From a virus, in IMG/VR virus record IMGVR_UViG_3300014291_000001: DNA of 39,114 bases; one strand, given 5' to 3'. The position numbers and the translations under genes are program-made. Positions 9,652 to 16,723 of the stretch are shown one piece after another. Each line of letters begins with the position of its first letter. Position 1 is the first letter of the stretch. Below the pieces are notes generated by a model. It was not told where the DNA came from. It did no database searches and was given only the letters and a program-made list of their open reading frames with translations.

Positions 9652-9874
9652 TTTTAAACTACGCTTACAAAACAAAACTACTCTCGTAGCTCTTATCTCA
9701 GCAGTATTCTTGATGTTGCAACAATTCGGGCTTAATATCCCTAGCAACATTCAAGAGGGCGTAAATACTTTAGTTGTGATCTTGGTAATTTTGGGAATCG
9801 TCACAGACCCAACAACAAAGGGTGTGGCAGACAGTGAGCGTGCTTTAAACTACCATCAACCTCGTGAGGACTAG
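9638..9874 (+). CDS. Second holin (phiLC3-type small holin)
   Basis: 78 aa from the ATG at 9638, with SD AAGGAG at 9628-9633 (ATG 9644 is an alternative start). MTMINFKLRLQNKTTLVALISAVFLMLQQF...LVVILVILGIV has two TM segments. Overlaps the stop of holin 1. Confidence 0.65.
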   Translation: MTMINFKLRLQNKTTLVALISAVFLMLQQFGLNIPSNIQEGVNTLVVILVILGIVTDPTTKGVADSERALNYHQPRED

Positions 9875-9877
9875 CCT

Positions 9878-10330
9878 ATGGCTAAGCTCATGACCTCTAT
9901 CAACCAAGTCGAGGGTGGTGATGTCCTAAAATCTGGGGACACTACTTCCGTCTTTGGTTTTGAAATTCTAGGGTACGATGGGAAACGCATGGAACTGTCT
10001 GGTACTGGTAAGCTCACACTGTCAAACGATGAAGTGGTGGCACTCTATCAAGACGTTACCGTTGAAAATGGGGTGTTCTCATTCTCAATGGGGAGCGTGG
10101 TAACTACTGGCACTTACTACCTTGAAATTAAACTGGACGGGCATATCTTCCCATCTAATAATTTTAAGGTCAAAGTGAAGAATTCGTTGAATGCGGATAG
10201 TGCTATCCCATCAGACAAGAGCCCTAAATTAAAGTTACTAGCGGATGAATTGCGAGATTCTGGGTTAATTACTGGTGGCACTGATACGACGGAAGATCTC
10301 GTAAACATCTACAATCTAGCTAAAATTTGA
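9878..10330 (+). CDS. Small fibre/baseplate-like protein (BppU-N-like Ig domain)
   Basis: 150 aa. The pattern ...TGTYYLEIKLDGHIFPSNNFKVKVKNSL resembles BppU N-terminal/DUF2479-type domains. The C-terminal TEDLVNIYNLAKI motif is shared with the next ORF. Confidence 0.45.
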   Translation: MAKLMTSINQVEGGDVLKSGDTTSVFGFEILGYDGKRMELSGTGKLTLSNDEVVALYQDVTVENGVFSFSMGSVVTTGTYYLEIKLDGHIFPSNNFKVKVKNSLNADSAIPSDKSPKLKLLADELRDSGLITGGTDTTEDLVNIYNLAKI

Positions 10331-10343
10331 AAGGAAACAATAA

Positions 10344-10682
10344 ATGAGTAAATTACACGATTTTGCCCAAGCCGTGGGTGCTGATATCAAAGAAATCAAA
10401 ACAGCATTGGCTGGCAAGGTTGAGAAAGGTGAAGTAACCGCTAACGGCATCACTCAAGACCAACTTAACACTGCCATTCAAGGTGTTAAGACTGCCATTC
10501 TGGGCGAAGGCGTCCCAGAAGAACTTGATACACTCAAGGAAATCGCTGATAAAATCAGTGCTGCGGGCGGCAATACTGACAGTGGTATCATCGTGAAAAT
10601 GACCGAGCTTGGCACTCGTATTGATACCATCGAGCAAGAAGACCTTGTGAACGTATATAACACTGCTAAAAATACCCTCTAA
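10344..10682 (+). CDS. Small tail-fibre-like protein
   Basis: 112 aa. Carries the PEELDTLKEIADKI motif common in phage fibre proteins. C-terminal EDLVNVYNTAKNTL parallels the previous ORF, and the N-terminus parallels the next ORF. Confidence 0.45.
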   Translation: MSKLHDFAQAVGADIKEIKTALAGKVEKGEVTANGITQDQLNTAIQGVKTAILGEGVPEELDTLKEIADKISAAGGNTDSGIIVKMTELGTRIDTIEQEDLVNVYNTAKNTL

Positions 10683-10694
10683 GGAGGTTGATTT

Positions 10695-10967
10695 ATGAGC
10701 AATTTAAGCAAGGCCATTGAAGCTATTGGTCGTGATATTGGTGAAATTAAAGGTAAACAATCTTCATCGTTGACTATCTCTCAAGCGTATGGTTTATTTC
10801 CGACATACAATAACTTTTTTCTACAAGTTCTAGAGCAAAATAAATTTGCGGAAGACCCGCTTGTAACAAAATCTCAATTACCTACAAGCGAAATTGACAC
10901 TTTAAAACAGAAGGTCGAAGAGTTGGAAAAAACTATCTTGGAGATTAAACAAGCTATTCAAAAATAA
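10695..10967 (+). CDS. Hypothetical small coiled-coil protein (paralogous N-terminus to 10344 ORF)
   Basis: 90 aa with SD GGAGG. LSKAIEAIGRDIGEIKGK parallels LHDFAQAVGADIKEIKTA of the previous ORF. C-terminal heptad region EIDTLKQKVEELEKTILEIKQ. Confidence 0.45.
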   Translation: MSNLSKAIEAIGRDIGEIKGKQSSSLTISQAYGLFPTYNNFFLQVLEQNKFAEDPLVTKSQLPTSEIDTLKQKVEELEKTILEIKQAIQK

Positions 10968-10985
10968 TTACAAGGAGGCACTTAA

Positions 10986-11831
10986 ATGAGTGTTCAACAA
11001 TCACTAATTAACTGGTTCGTTAGCCATCGAGGACTATTGACTTATTCAATGCTCGGTAGCCGTAATGGTACAGACGGGACGGCTGACTGTTCTGGTTCGG
11101 TATCGCAAGCCTTAAAAGAAGCTGGTATCGGTATTCAAGGGCTACCATCAACCGTAACTCTTGGCCAGCAACTATCAAACAACGGTTTTTATCGTGTTTG
11201 TCGTAACGAATCATGGGACGCATTGCCAGGCGACATCGTTTTGATGTCGTGGGGTGCTGATATGGCTAGTTCTGGTGGAGCTGGTGGGCACGTCGGTGTC
11301 ATGCTCGATGATACATATTTCATCAGTTGTGATTTCTCAACTCAAGGAGCAGCAGGACAAGCTATCAACACTTATCCTTGGAATGACTACTACGGATGGA
11401 ATCAGCCGGCTTATATCGAGGTTTGGCGATACGCTGACACTGCACCACAGACTAACAACCAAGCTAACACAGCAGTAGTGCCGCAAGAAAAAGCATACTA
11501 TGAAGCCAATGAGGTCAAATATGTTAACGGTATTTGGCAAATTAAATGCGACTATTTAGCACCCGTTGGTTTCGACTGGACTGAGAACGGTATTCCCGTT
11601 TCAATGGTTAACTGGGTAGATGCTGACGGCAATGACTTGCCAGACGGTGCTGATCAAGACTTCAAAGCAGGCATGTTCTTTAGTTTTGCCGGTGATGAAT
11701 CTAACATCACTGACATGCAAGATGGCGGCTACTACGGCGGTTATTATTATCGACATTTCGAGTTTGGCCAATTTGGTACGGTTTGGCTCTCATGCTGGGA
11801 TAAGGACGACCTTGTCAACTACTACGAATAA
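10986..11831 (+). CDS. Endolysin (N-terminal Cys-peptidase/amidase-type catalytic domain, C-terminal SH3b-like wall-binding domain)
   Basis: 281 aa. LTYSMLGSRNGTDGTADCSGSVSQALKEAGI...GGHVGVML fits the phage peptidoglycan hydrolase pattern of streptococcal phage lysins. The aromatic/Gly-rich C-terminal domain (GIWQIKCDY...GGYYGGYYYRHFEFGQFGTVW) looks like an SH3_5-type domain. Confidence 0.8.
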   Translation: MSVQQSLINWFVSHRGLLTYSMLGSRNGTDGTADCSGSVSQALKEAGIGIQGLPSTVTLGQQLSNNGFYRVCRNESWDALPGDIVLMSWGADMASSGGAGGHVGVMLDDTYFISCDFSTQGAAGQAINTYPWNDYYGWNQPAYIEVWRYADTAPQTNNQANTAVVPQEKAYYEANEVKYVNGIWQIKCDYLAPVGFDWTENGIPVSMVNWVDADGNDLPDGADQDFKAGMFFSFAGDESNITDMQDGGYYGGYYYRHFEFGQFGTVWLSCWDKDDLVNYYE

Positions 11832-11919
11832 TTAAACCAGACCACGAAAACTAAAAAATGAAAAGGAGTATATCACCTCCCCTCACACTGCAATAGGGAT
11901 ACAATGGCAGTAGTGGTCG

Positions 11920-11948
11920 AAGCCCGGGCATTTGCTGGGGCTTTTTTT
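11920..11948 (+). terminator. Rho-independent terminator candidate after the late operon
   Basis: AAGCCC...GGGCTT stem followed by a run of seven T, about 90 nt after the lysin stop. Confidence 0.55.
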
Positions 11949-11960
11949 ATTTGGTATAAT
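11932..11960 (+). promoter_or_regulatory. Orphan promoter candidate TTGCTG-17-TGgTATAAT (extended -10)
   Basis: -35 TTGCTG (11932-11937), TG at 11952-11953, TATAAT at 11955-11960. It would drive only a ~45-nt hairpin RNA ending at the next terminator. Confidence 0.3.
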
Positions 11961-11978
11961 AAAGGTCCATCATAGGCA

Positions 11979-12012
11979 AAGAGCCATGAGTTAGTCTCAT
12001 AGCTCTTTTTTA
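11979..12012 (+). terminator. Rho-independent terminator
   Basis: 12-bp stem AAGAGCCATGAG/CTCATAGCTCTT with one mismatch, loop TTAGT, then TTTTTTAT. Confidence 0.75.
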
Positions 12013-12088
12013 TATTTGCGATTCTCTACGATAAGTGATAACATAGATTTCGGAATACTGGCGTTATTTCGATAATTTCTCGAACTGT

Positions 12089-12119
12089 CCTCGACTTTTA
12101 GTCGGGGTTTTTTATTTTG
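12089..12119 (+). terminator. Rho-independent terminator
   Basis: Stem CCTCGAC/GTCGGGG (one G.U pair), loop TTTTA, then TTTTTTATTTT. Confidence 0.8.
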
Positions 12120-12150
12120 CAAAAAAACTTAAATTTCTTTGTAAAAGTTG

Positions 12151-12179
12151 TTGACAAACTATCATGTATGGTATATAAT
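12151..12179 (+). promoter_or_regulatory. Consensus sigma-A promoter of the moron cassette
   Basis: TTGACA (12151-12156), 17-nt spacer, TATAAT (12174-12179), about 35 nt upstream of the 12213 ORF. Confidence 0.75.
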
Positions 12180-12212
12180 ATACATGTAAGATAAAGGAAG
12201 GAAGTAAACGAA

Positions 12213-12557
12213 ATGAAATCACAAGTAATGAGCCTAGCATGGAAAATCTTCAAAAACGAAAAAAACGACGTGACTTTTTCTGAAGCATTGAAATTTGCTT
12301 GGAAAGCCGTTAAACGTCAAAACATGGCGGATGATTTCTACTTCTTCCGTTCTTCAAACGTTAAATTCCAAGGTGTTAAGAAATGGTTTGCTGAAAAAGA
12401 ATTTCGTGGACGCAACAAGAAAGATTTGGCCTTCATGTCAGTGAGTGCAATCAGCGTAAAAGAGTTGGTCGAAGAAACTGATAAAGCGGTCAAACTTGAA
12501 ATCGTTACACCTTACGGAGTTTCTGCTAAATGGTATCCAAAAAGTGTAATTGCTTAA
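12213..12557 (+). CDS. Moron ORF1, hypothetical 114 aa (function unknown; anti-defence/defence candidate)
   Basis: SD GGAAGGAAG, ATG at 12213. Lys-rich soluble protein (..TFSEALKFAWKAVKRQ.. / ..TDKAVKLEIVTPYGVSAKWYPKSVIA). I recognise no family. Confidence 0.6.
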   Translation: MKSQVMSLAWKIFKNEKNDVTFSEALKFAWKAVKRQNMADDFYFFRSSNVKFQGVKKWFAEKEFRGRNKKDLAFMSVSAISVKELVEETDKAVKLEIVTPYGVSAKWYPKSVIA

Positions 12558-12576
12558 TAAAAAAAGGAGAAATAAA

Positions 12577-12849
12577 ATGACCACTTACAAAGAATACAAA
12601 CAAGGATTGAAAGAACAACGTGAGAGAGTACAAGCTATTCGCAACGAAGTTTTCTCAGACAAAGTGGAAAAACTAGAAACAGACCTCGTAAGAATTGCGA
12701 ACGGAGATGTTTATAAAATCATTCCACGATTTGGGACTAAATACGAAGATAGCCGAATCATCAAATTAGACCCAGAAGATGTGGAATATCACATCGAAGA
12801 AGCTCGCAAAGTTAGAGAACTTGCGAAAATTATGGCAAGCAAGGATTAA
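12577..12849 (+). CDS. Moron ORF2, hypothetical 90 aa
   Basis: SD AAAGGAGA 7 nt before the ATG at 12577; the track ORF start at 12550 has no SD. Charged helical protein with no recognised family. Confidence 0.6.
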   Translation: MTTYKEYKQGLKEQRERVQAIRNEVFSDKVEKLETDLVRIANGDVYKIIPRFGTKYEDSRIIKLDPEDVEYHIEEARKVRELAKIMASKD

Positions 12850-12865
12850 AAAGAGGAACAAAGAC

Positions 12866-13417
12866 ATGATTATTAACAACGACGTTAAAGAGTTGATTTT
12901 GGAATACGTAAACCGCTATTTTAAATTTGAAAATGACTTCTACCGTCTTCCTAATATCAAATTTACTGATGCTAATTGGCAGAGATTTAAGCAGGGCGAA
13001 ACCTCTATCGAGAAAATGGGGGCGGCACGAGTTAACGCCATGCTTGACTGCCTGTTTGATGGTTTTGAGCTCGCTATGATTGGCAAGGCTCAAAACGATT
13101 ACTACTTGGACAATTCGCTGAAAATGAACATGCCGTTTCACACCTACTATGACCAGTTTAAGAAGCAGCAGCTTCTAAAATGGATTGAGAATAGTCGTGA
13201 AGACATCATCGGAGGTGCTGGAAGAATGTACACAGCGAGCGGGAATTGGATTTCTAGCGCTTATTTAGAAATTGCATTAGAATCTAGTTCCATCAGTGGC
13301 GGTGGCTATATGCTTCAAATGCGGTTTAAAGACTATTCACGAAGCCAAGAACCGATACCAGCAGGCCGCCAAAATCGACTTGAATGGATTGAAAAAAACT
13401 TGGAGAATATCCGATAA
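12866..13417 (+). CDS. Moron ORF3, 183 aa; possible AcrIIA6-like anti-CRISPR (recollection only, unverified)
   Basis: SD AAGAGGAA 7 nt before the ATG at 12866. The N-terminal helical region has an HTH-like stretch (ANWQRFKQGETSIEKMGAARVNAMLDCLF). The size and the position downstream of the lysin match what I recall for AcrIIA6 of S. thermophilus phages. Confidence 0.5.
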   Translation: MIINNDVKELILEYVNRYFKFENDFYRLPNIKFTDANWQRFKQGETSIEKMGAARVNAMLDCLFDGFELAMIGKAQNDYYLDNSLKMNMPFHTYYDQFKKQQLLKWIENSREDIIGGAGRMYTASGNWISSAYLEIALESSSISGGGYMLQMRFKDYSRSQEPIPAGRQNRLEWIEKNLENIR

Positions 13418-13419
13418 AA

Positions 13420-13446
13420 GGCTAGGTTAACCCTAGTCTTTTTTTG
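13420..13446 (+). terminator. Rho-independent terminator of the moron cassette
   Basis: GGCTAGG-TTAAC-CCTAGTC hairpin followed by a run of eight T, beginning 3 nt after the ORF3 stop. Confidence 0.75.
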
Positions 13447-13545
13447 TGTATTCTTTGTTTTGCATTAGACATTTAATCTAAATAAAGGTACACTATACAT
13501 GTACTTTAGGCGATTACGTGCTGAATGTTTTTGTTTTTCATGTCG

Positions 13546-13577
13546 CTTGGTAGCTCATGCTGCCAAGTCTTTTTTTT
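13546..13577 (+). terminator. Orphan + strand rho-independent terminator next to attP
   Basis: 9-bp stem CTTGGTAGC/GCTGCCAAG (one G.U pair), loop TCAT, then TC and a run of eight T. No annotated + strand gene lies upstream. Confidence 0.6.
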
Positions 13578-13625
13578 ATGCTCAATCAAGAATTTTAGTG
13601 TCCTTGATTGAAATGAAGGTTAGTA
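13575..13625. other. Putative attP core for the serine integrase
   Basis: 9-bp inverted arms TCAATCAAG (13582-13590) and CTTGATTGA (13603-13611) around a 12-bp spacer, directly 3' of int. The - strand reads CATTTCAATCAAGGACACTAAAATTC, close to my recollection of TP901-1 attP (TATTTCAATTAAGGTAACTAAAAAAC) and the attB core TCAATCAAGG. Confidence 0.55.
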
Positions 13626-13632
13626 AAACGCT

Positions 13633-15075
13633 CTATAATTTCCATAAAATAACGATGGATTCACTAGTAACTCTAACCTTGCTTATCAAGGCGCGTGCTA
13701 TGGCTTTCTGCTGCTCGTAATCAAGCGTGAAGATGTCCTTTGTGTCAAGCACCCGTCTAACATCTTCTTTCCGCTCTACAGCTTTGAGAGAGGTGTCAGC
13801 GTCTAGCTCTTTTTCGAGTGCTGTCCTTTCTGCCATGAAGTCGCTTGACCTCTTTTGCAATTCTTCCAGTGAAATTCTATCGTCAATGTATAGATCATTA
13901 AGTCTTCTAATTTTAGCGGTCAGATTGTCAATCTGTTTCTGGTAGCTAGCCCGGTCTATCGTCTCTTGATTTGTGTTTGAAAATAGCTTGTCGATATAGT
14001 CTGAATCAGTTTGCAGTTTGCTGATTTCAGTTAGGACGAAGTGCTCTATATCGTCTTTGAAATAAAACCCAGAATCACATTTTGCATTGTTATTATAGAC
14101 AGTCACGCCCTTGGTCTTCCTTGGGTGTCGCTGCTTACACTCATATTTGACTAAGCGTGTGCCGTCTTTTCGTTTCATGCCTAACTTAATAGCAAGCGGG
14201 GCTGAACAGTAGCCGCATTGAGCTATTCCAGAAAGCATGTATTTAGCTTGAAACGGTCTTGGATTGAAACGCTGGGCGGCTGTCCTTTGTCTTGTTTTAA
14301 TTTCCTCTTGCGTCTTGTTAAAATCTTCCTCGGATATGATAGGCTCATGAGTGCCGGGGAATATCTGACCCTTAAATTGATTATATCCGCAGTATACCGG
14401 ATTCGAGAGGATAACCCTAACCGTTCTATAGTTCCACTCTTTATCCTGCCCGTATTGCTCATTGAGAGTATCTCTAAGTTTGGTTATCGACATACCCGAT
14501 AAATACCATTCGAACATCTTTCGGACGATTAGGGCTTGATATGGATTGACTGAGAGCGTGCCCGTTTCTTTAATGTAATCATAGCCGTAAGATGTCTTTG
14601 CCCACTGCATAGATTTCCCAGACTTTGCCCGCCCTAGCTTGCCAAGTTGCATCCGTTCCTTGATTTGCTCTCTTTCTAGCTGAGCAAACACGCTCAATAA
14701 TCCAATCATTGCCTTACCAAAAGGCGTTGAGGTGTCGAAGTTTTCGAGCAGGCTGACAAATTCTATATTGTTTTCCAGAAATACATCTTCAATCAGATAG
14801 AGTGTATCTTTCTGACTACGGCTTAATCGGTCTAGTTTATACACTAGGACCGTATCAAACAGCTTTCTCTTTGCGTCTCTTATCAACTGCTCTAATGCAG
14901 GGCGTTCCGTGTTAGAACCAGAGAAACCGCCGTCGGTGTATATCTCGTAAATATTCCAGTCCTTAATATCGCAGTAACTTGTCAGCTTTGCTTTTTGTTC
15001 ATCGATAGAATAGCCCTCGTCAACCTGCGATGTGGTCGATACTCGGACATAGATAGCTACTTTATGTGTTGCCAT
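13633..15075 (-). CDS. int: Large serine recombinase integrase (TP901-1 family)
   Basis: 480 aa. N-terminal resolvase catalytic domain (VAIYVRVSTTSQ...LVYKLDRLSRS), then GKLGRAKSGKSM, NPRPFQAKYMLSG..CGYCSAPL, RHPRKTKGVTVYNNNAKCDSG and a coiled-coil C-terminus. These closely mirror TP901-1 Int as I recall it. Confidence 0.95.
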   Translation of the reverse strand: MATHKVAIYVRVSTTSQVDEGYSIDEQKAKLTSYCDIKDWNIYEIYTDGGFSGSNTERPALEQLIRDAKRKLFDTVLVYKLDRLSRSQKDTLYLIEDVFLENNIEFVSLLENFDTSTPFGKAMIGLLSVFAQLEREQIKERMQLGKLGRAKSGKSMQWAKTSYGYDYIKETGTLSVNPYQALIVRKMFEWYLSGMSITKLRDTLNEQYGQDKEWNYRTVRVILSNPVYCGYNQFKGQIFPGTHEPIISEEDFNKTQEEIKTRQRTAAQRFNPRPFQAKYMLSGIAQCGYCSAPLAIKLGMKRKDGTRLVKYECKQRHPRKTKGVTVYNNNAKCDSGFYFKDDIEHFVLTEISKLQTDSDYIDKLFSNTNQETIDRASYQKQIDNLTAKIRRLNDLYIDDRISLEELQKRSSDFMAERTALEKELDADTSLKAVERKEDVRRVLDTKDIFTLDYEQQKAIARALISKVRVTSESIVILWKL

Positions 15076-15212
15076 TGTGTTTGTACCTCAATTCTGTTAA
15101 AATGGGTACAGAAAAAGACTTGTAAGACTGTTTCCAGTTTACACGATTTTTCTGTGATGCTGCTCTACACTCGAAGTTTGGCGACGGTGAGTGTGGGGCT
15201 TTTTTTGTTGTC

Positions 15213-15812
15213 TTATTTAACCTTAACTTCCATTGATCCGTTAAGCTTTTGGCTAGCTAGTGCATTGCCATCATCAGTCTTAATATGAAACATTGGATAA
15301 CGCTCATAGTTGACATTGTTGATTGCAGCCCAGACGTTGAAGGCTTCATGCTCTTTGGCAAGCATACCGTCAGCAAAATTCTGCAAGTCAGCTTTGCTAT
15401 ATGTTTTATACTCGTTAGGAACCGTCATATATAAAATAGTGCTGCGATTGTAAAAACTATATGTACTAATATCCAGACCTTTATCGGTCAAATCTTGCTT
15501 GAAGTAGTCGATAAAGCTACCCATTTGACCCTCGGTAATGTCTTTTAGCTTATCTTCCGAGCTTGGTTCTGAGCTTGATTCTTTTGAGGACTGTTCCTCG
15601 CTCTTTGAACTTGACGTTTTGGCACTGCTAGATGGTTTACTAGCTTTAGGTTTTGCTTTTGAAGAAGTGGAGGTCTGGACTGTCTTAACTGGTTCTGTCT
15701 TCGTTTTCGGTGCGATACCAGTAATTTCAAAGACTTTCCCAAGAACAGCTAAACAAACAAGCACAATCGCCCATTTTTGCCAGCGTTTCAAATTCTTCCA
15801 TTTACTCAACAT
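15213..15812 (-). CDS. Membrane-anchored extracellular protein in the lysogeny operon (superinfection-exclusion candidate)
   Basis: 199 aa with SD AAGGAG. N-terminal anchor KWAIVLVCLAVLG, then a Ser/Lys-rich linker and a globular C-terminal domain. It occupies the slot between int and the repressor where Sie/Ltp-type genes sit. Confidence 0.5.
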   Translation of the reverse strand: MLSKWKNLKRWQKWAIVLVCLAVLGKVFEITGIAPKTKTEPVKTVQTSTSSKAKPKASKPSSSAKTSSSKSEEQSSKESSSEPSSEDKLKDITEGQMGSFIDYFKQDLTDKGLDISTYSFYNRSTILYMTVPNEYKTYSKADLQNFADGMLAKEHEAFNVWAAINNVNYERYPMFHIKTDDGNALASQKLNGSMEVKVK

Positions 15813-16183
15813 TTTTCAATCTCCTTTAGTTTTAGATACTCATTTTTTACAAAAGTCTCATCGCAAATTGTGGTGAGATTATATTTTTCCATAAAGTGTA
15901 AGTAATTAAAATCGTCTAGATTTTCATTTTTCAGCAATTCATGGATCATACTCCTATTTGCTTGAACCTCAAACTTTTCTCGCATTCGTTCATAGTCTTT
16001 AGAGTTGTGCTCTAGGTGGCCTAACTCATGAAAAATGACCTTTAAACGTATTTCTGGGGCTAAATCCTTATTGATATAAACCACCCTGTTTATATGGTCA
16101 ATAAAGCCGTTTCTGGGCCACTGGCTAGAATCAAACTCACAGATAGAGACATTGAACCGCTCAAGCAATTCACTTTCAGTCAT
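15806..16183 (-). CDS. ImmA/IrrE-family zinc metallopeptidase
   Basis: 125 aa with an HEXXH motif (IFHELGHLEH), immediately downstream of the XRE repressor. Confidence 0.85.
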   Translation of the reverse strand: MTESELLERFNVSICEFDSSQWPRNGFIDHINRVVYINKDLAPEIRLKVIFHELGHLEHNSKDYERMREKFEVQANRSMIHELLKNENLDDFNYLHFMEKYNLTTICDETFVKNEYLKLKEIEKC

Positions 16184-16189
16184 AGCACC

Positions 16190-16555
16190 TCACTTCTCTT
16201 TGCTACTCATATAGCCGGCAATTATGCCACGAATTGCCCGCTTGTCTTCCTCTGTAAGAGGTTTACCGTCGAACATCATTGCATTATCGATGATGTTATC
16301 AATGTCGTGGGCGTTGGGTTGTTGTTTCTCGGTTGTTTCTGGACCATCTCCAAAAAGAATGTAATCCGTAGAAGTCCCCAAGGCTTGAGCCAATTTTACA
16401 ATCTTTGTCCCTGTCGGAATACTAGCACCGCTTTCCCACTTTGAAATAGTTGAGTCAGACTTATACCCTAGCATTTTCGCTAATTCAAGCTGACTAATGC
16501 CCTTGCTAGCTCTCAAACTTTCAATTCTACTTCCTCTTTGCTTATTCAAATCCAT
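16190..16555 (-). CDS. cI-like repressor (XRE-family HTH)
   Basis: 121 aa. RIESLRASKGISQLELAKMLGYKSDSTISKWESG is an HTH_3 pattern. Transcribed divergently from cro. Confidence 0.85.
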   Translation of the reverse strand: MDLNKQRGSRIESLRASKGISQLELAKMLGYKSDSTISKWESGASIPTGTKIVKLAQALGTSTDYILFGDGPETTEKQQPNAHDIDNIIDNAMMFDGKPLTEEDKRAIRGIIAGYMSSKEK

Positions 16556-16582
16556 ATCTTTCTCCTTGCTGTTTATATTAAT

Positions 16583-16611
16583 ATTATATAGTAGACTTTC
16601 CTAATTTTCAA
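16583..16611 (-). promoter_or_regulatory. Leftward promoter (repressor operon)
   Basis: On the - strand: TTGAAA (16611-16606), 17-nt spacer, TATAAT (16588-16583). SD AAGGAGA lies before the cI ATG. Confidence 0.6.
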
Positions 16612-16637
16612 GTTGATTTATAAAAAACTTAAAAAAA

Positions 16638-16654
16638 CTTGAAAAAAAATCAAC
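16638..16654. promoter_or_regulatory. Degenerate operator-like site
   Basis: CTTGAAAAAAAATCAAC matches the 17-bp palindrome CTTGAATTTAATTCAAG at 12/17 positions. Confidence 0.3.
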
Positions 16655-16661
16655 AAAACTG

Positions 16662-16690
16662 TTGACATTGAATTTAATTCAAGTTATAAT
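16662..16690 (+). promoter_or_regulatory. Rightward early promoter (cro/ant)
   Basis: TTGACA (16662-16667), 17-nt spacer, TATAAT (16685-16690). The spacer is itself the operator palindrome. Confidence 0.75.
16668..16682. promoter_or_regulatory. Operator palindrome inside the PR spacer
   Basis: TTGAATTTAATTCAA is a perfect 15-bp palindrome; the same site recurs at 16946-16962. Confidence 0.6.
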
Positions 16691-16723
16691 ACGTTTGTAA
16701 GTTAGTTAGAGAGGAGGAACAAA

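Noticed and set aside
13499-13720. 73-aa + strand ORF spanning the attP region and the 3' end of int
   Set aside because: It has no SD, it crosses a terminator hairpin and the attP inverted repeat, and it overlaps int antisense. The product is Cys/Phe-rich and not protein-like.
15165-15206. + strand hairpin (CTACACTC...GAGTGTGG) followed by GGC and seven T between int and the membrane-protein gene
   Set aside because: The loop is 16 nt, and nothing is transcribed toward it on the + strand except antisense int. On the - strand it lacks a T-run. It is too weak to call a terminator or an antisense RNA end without transcript data.
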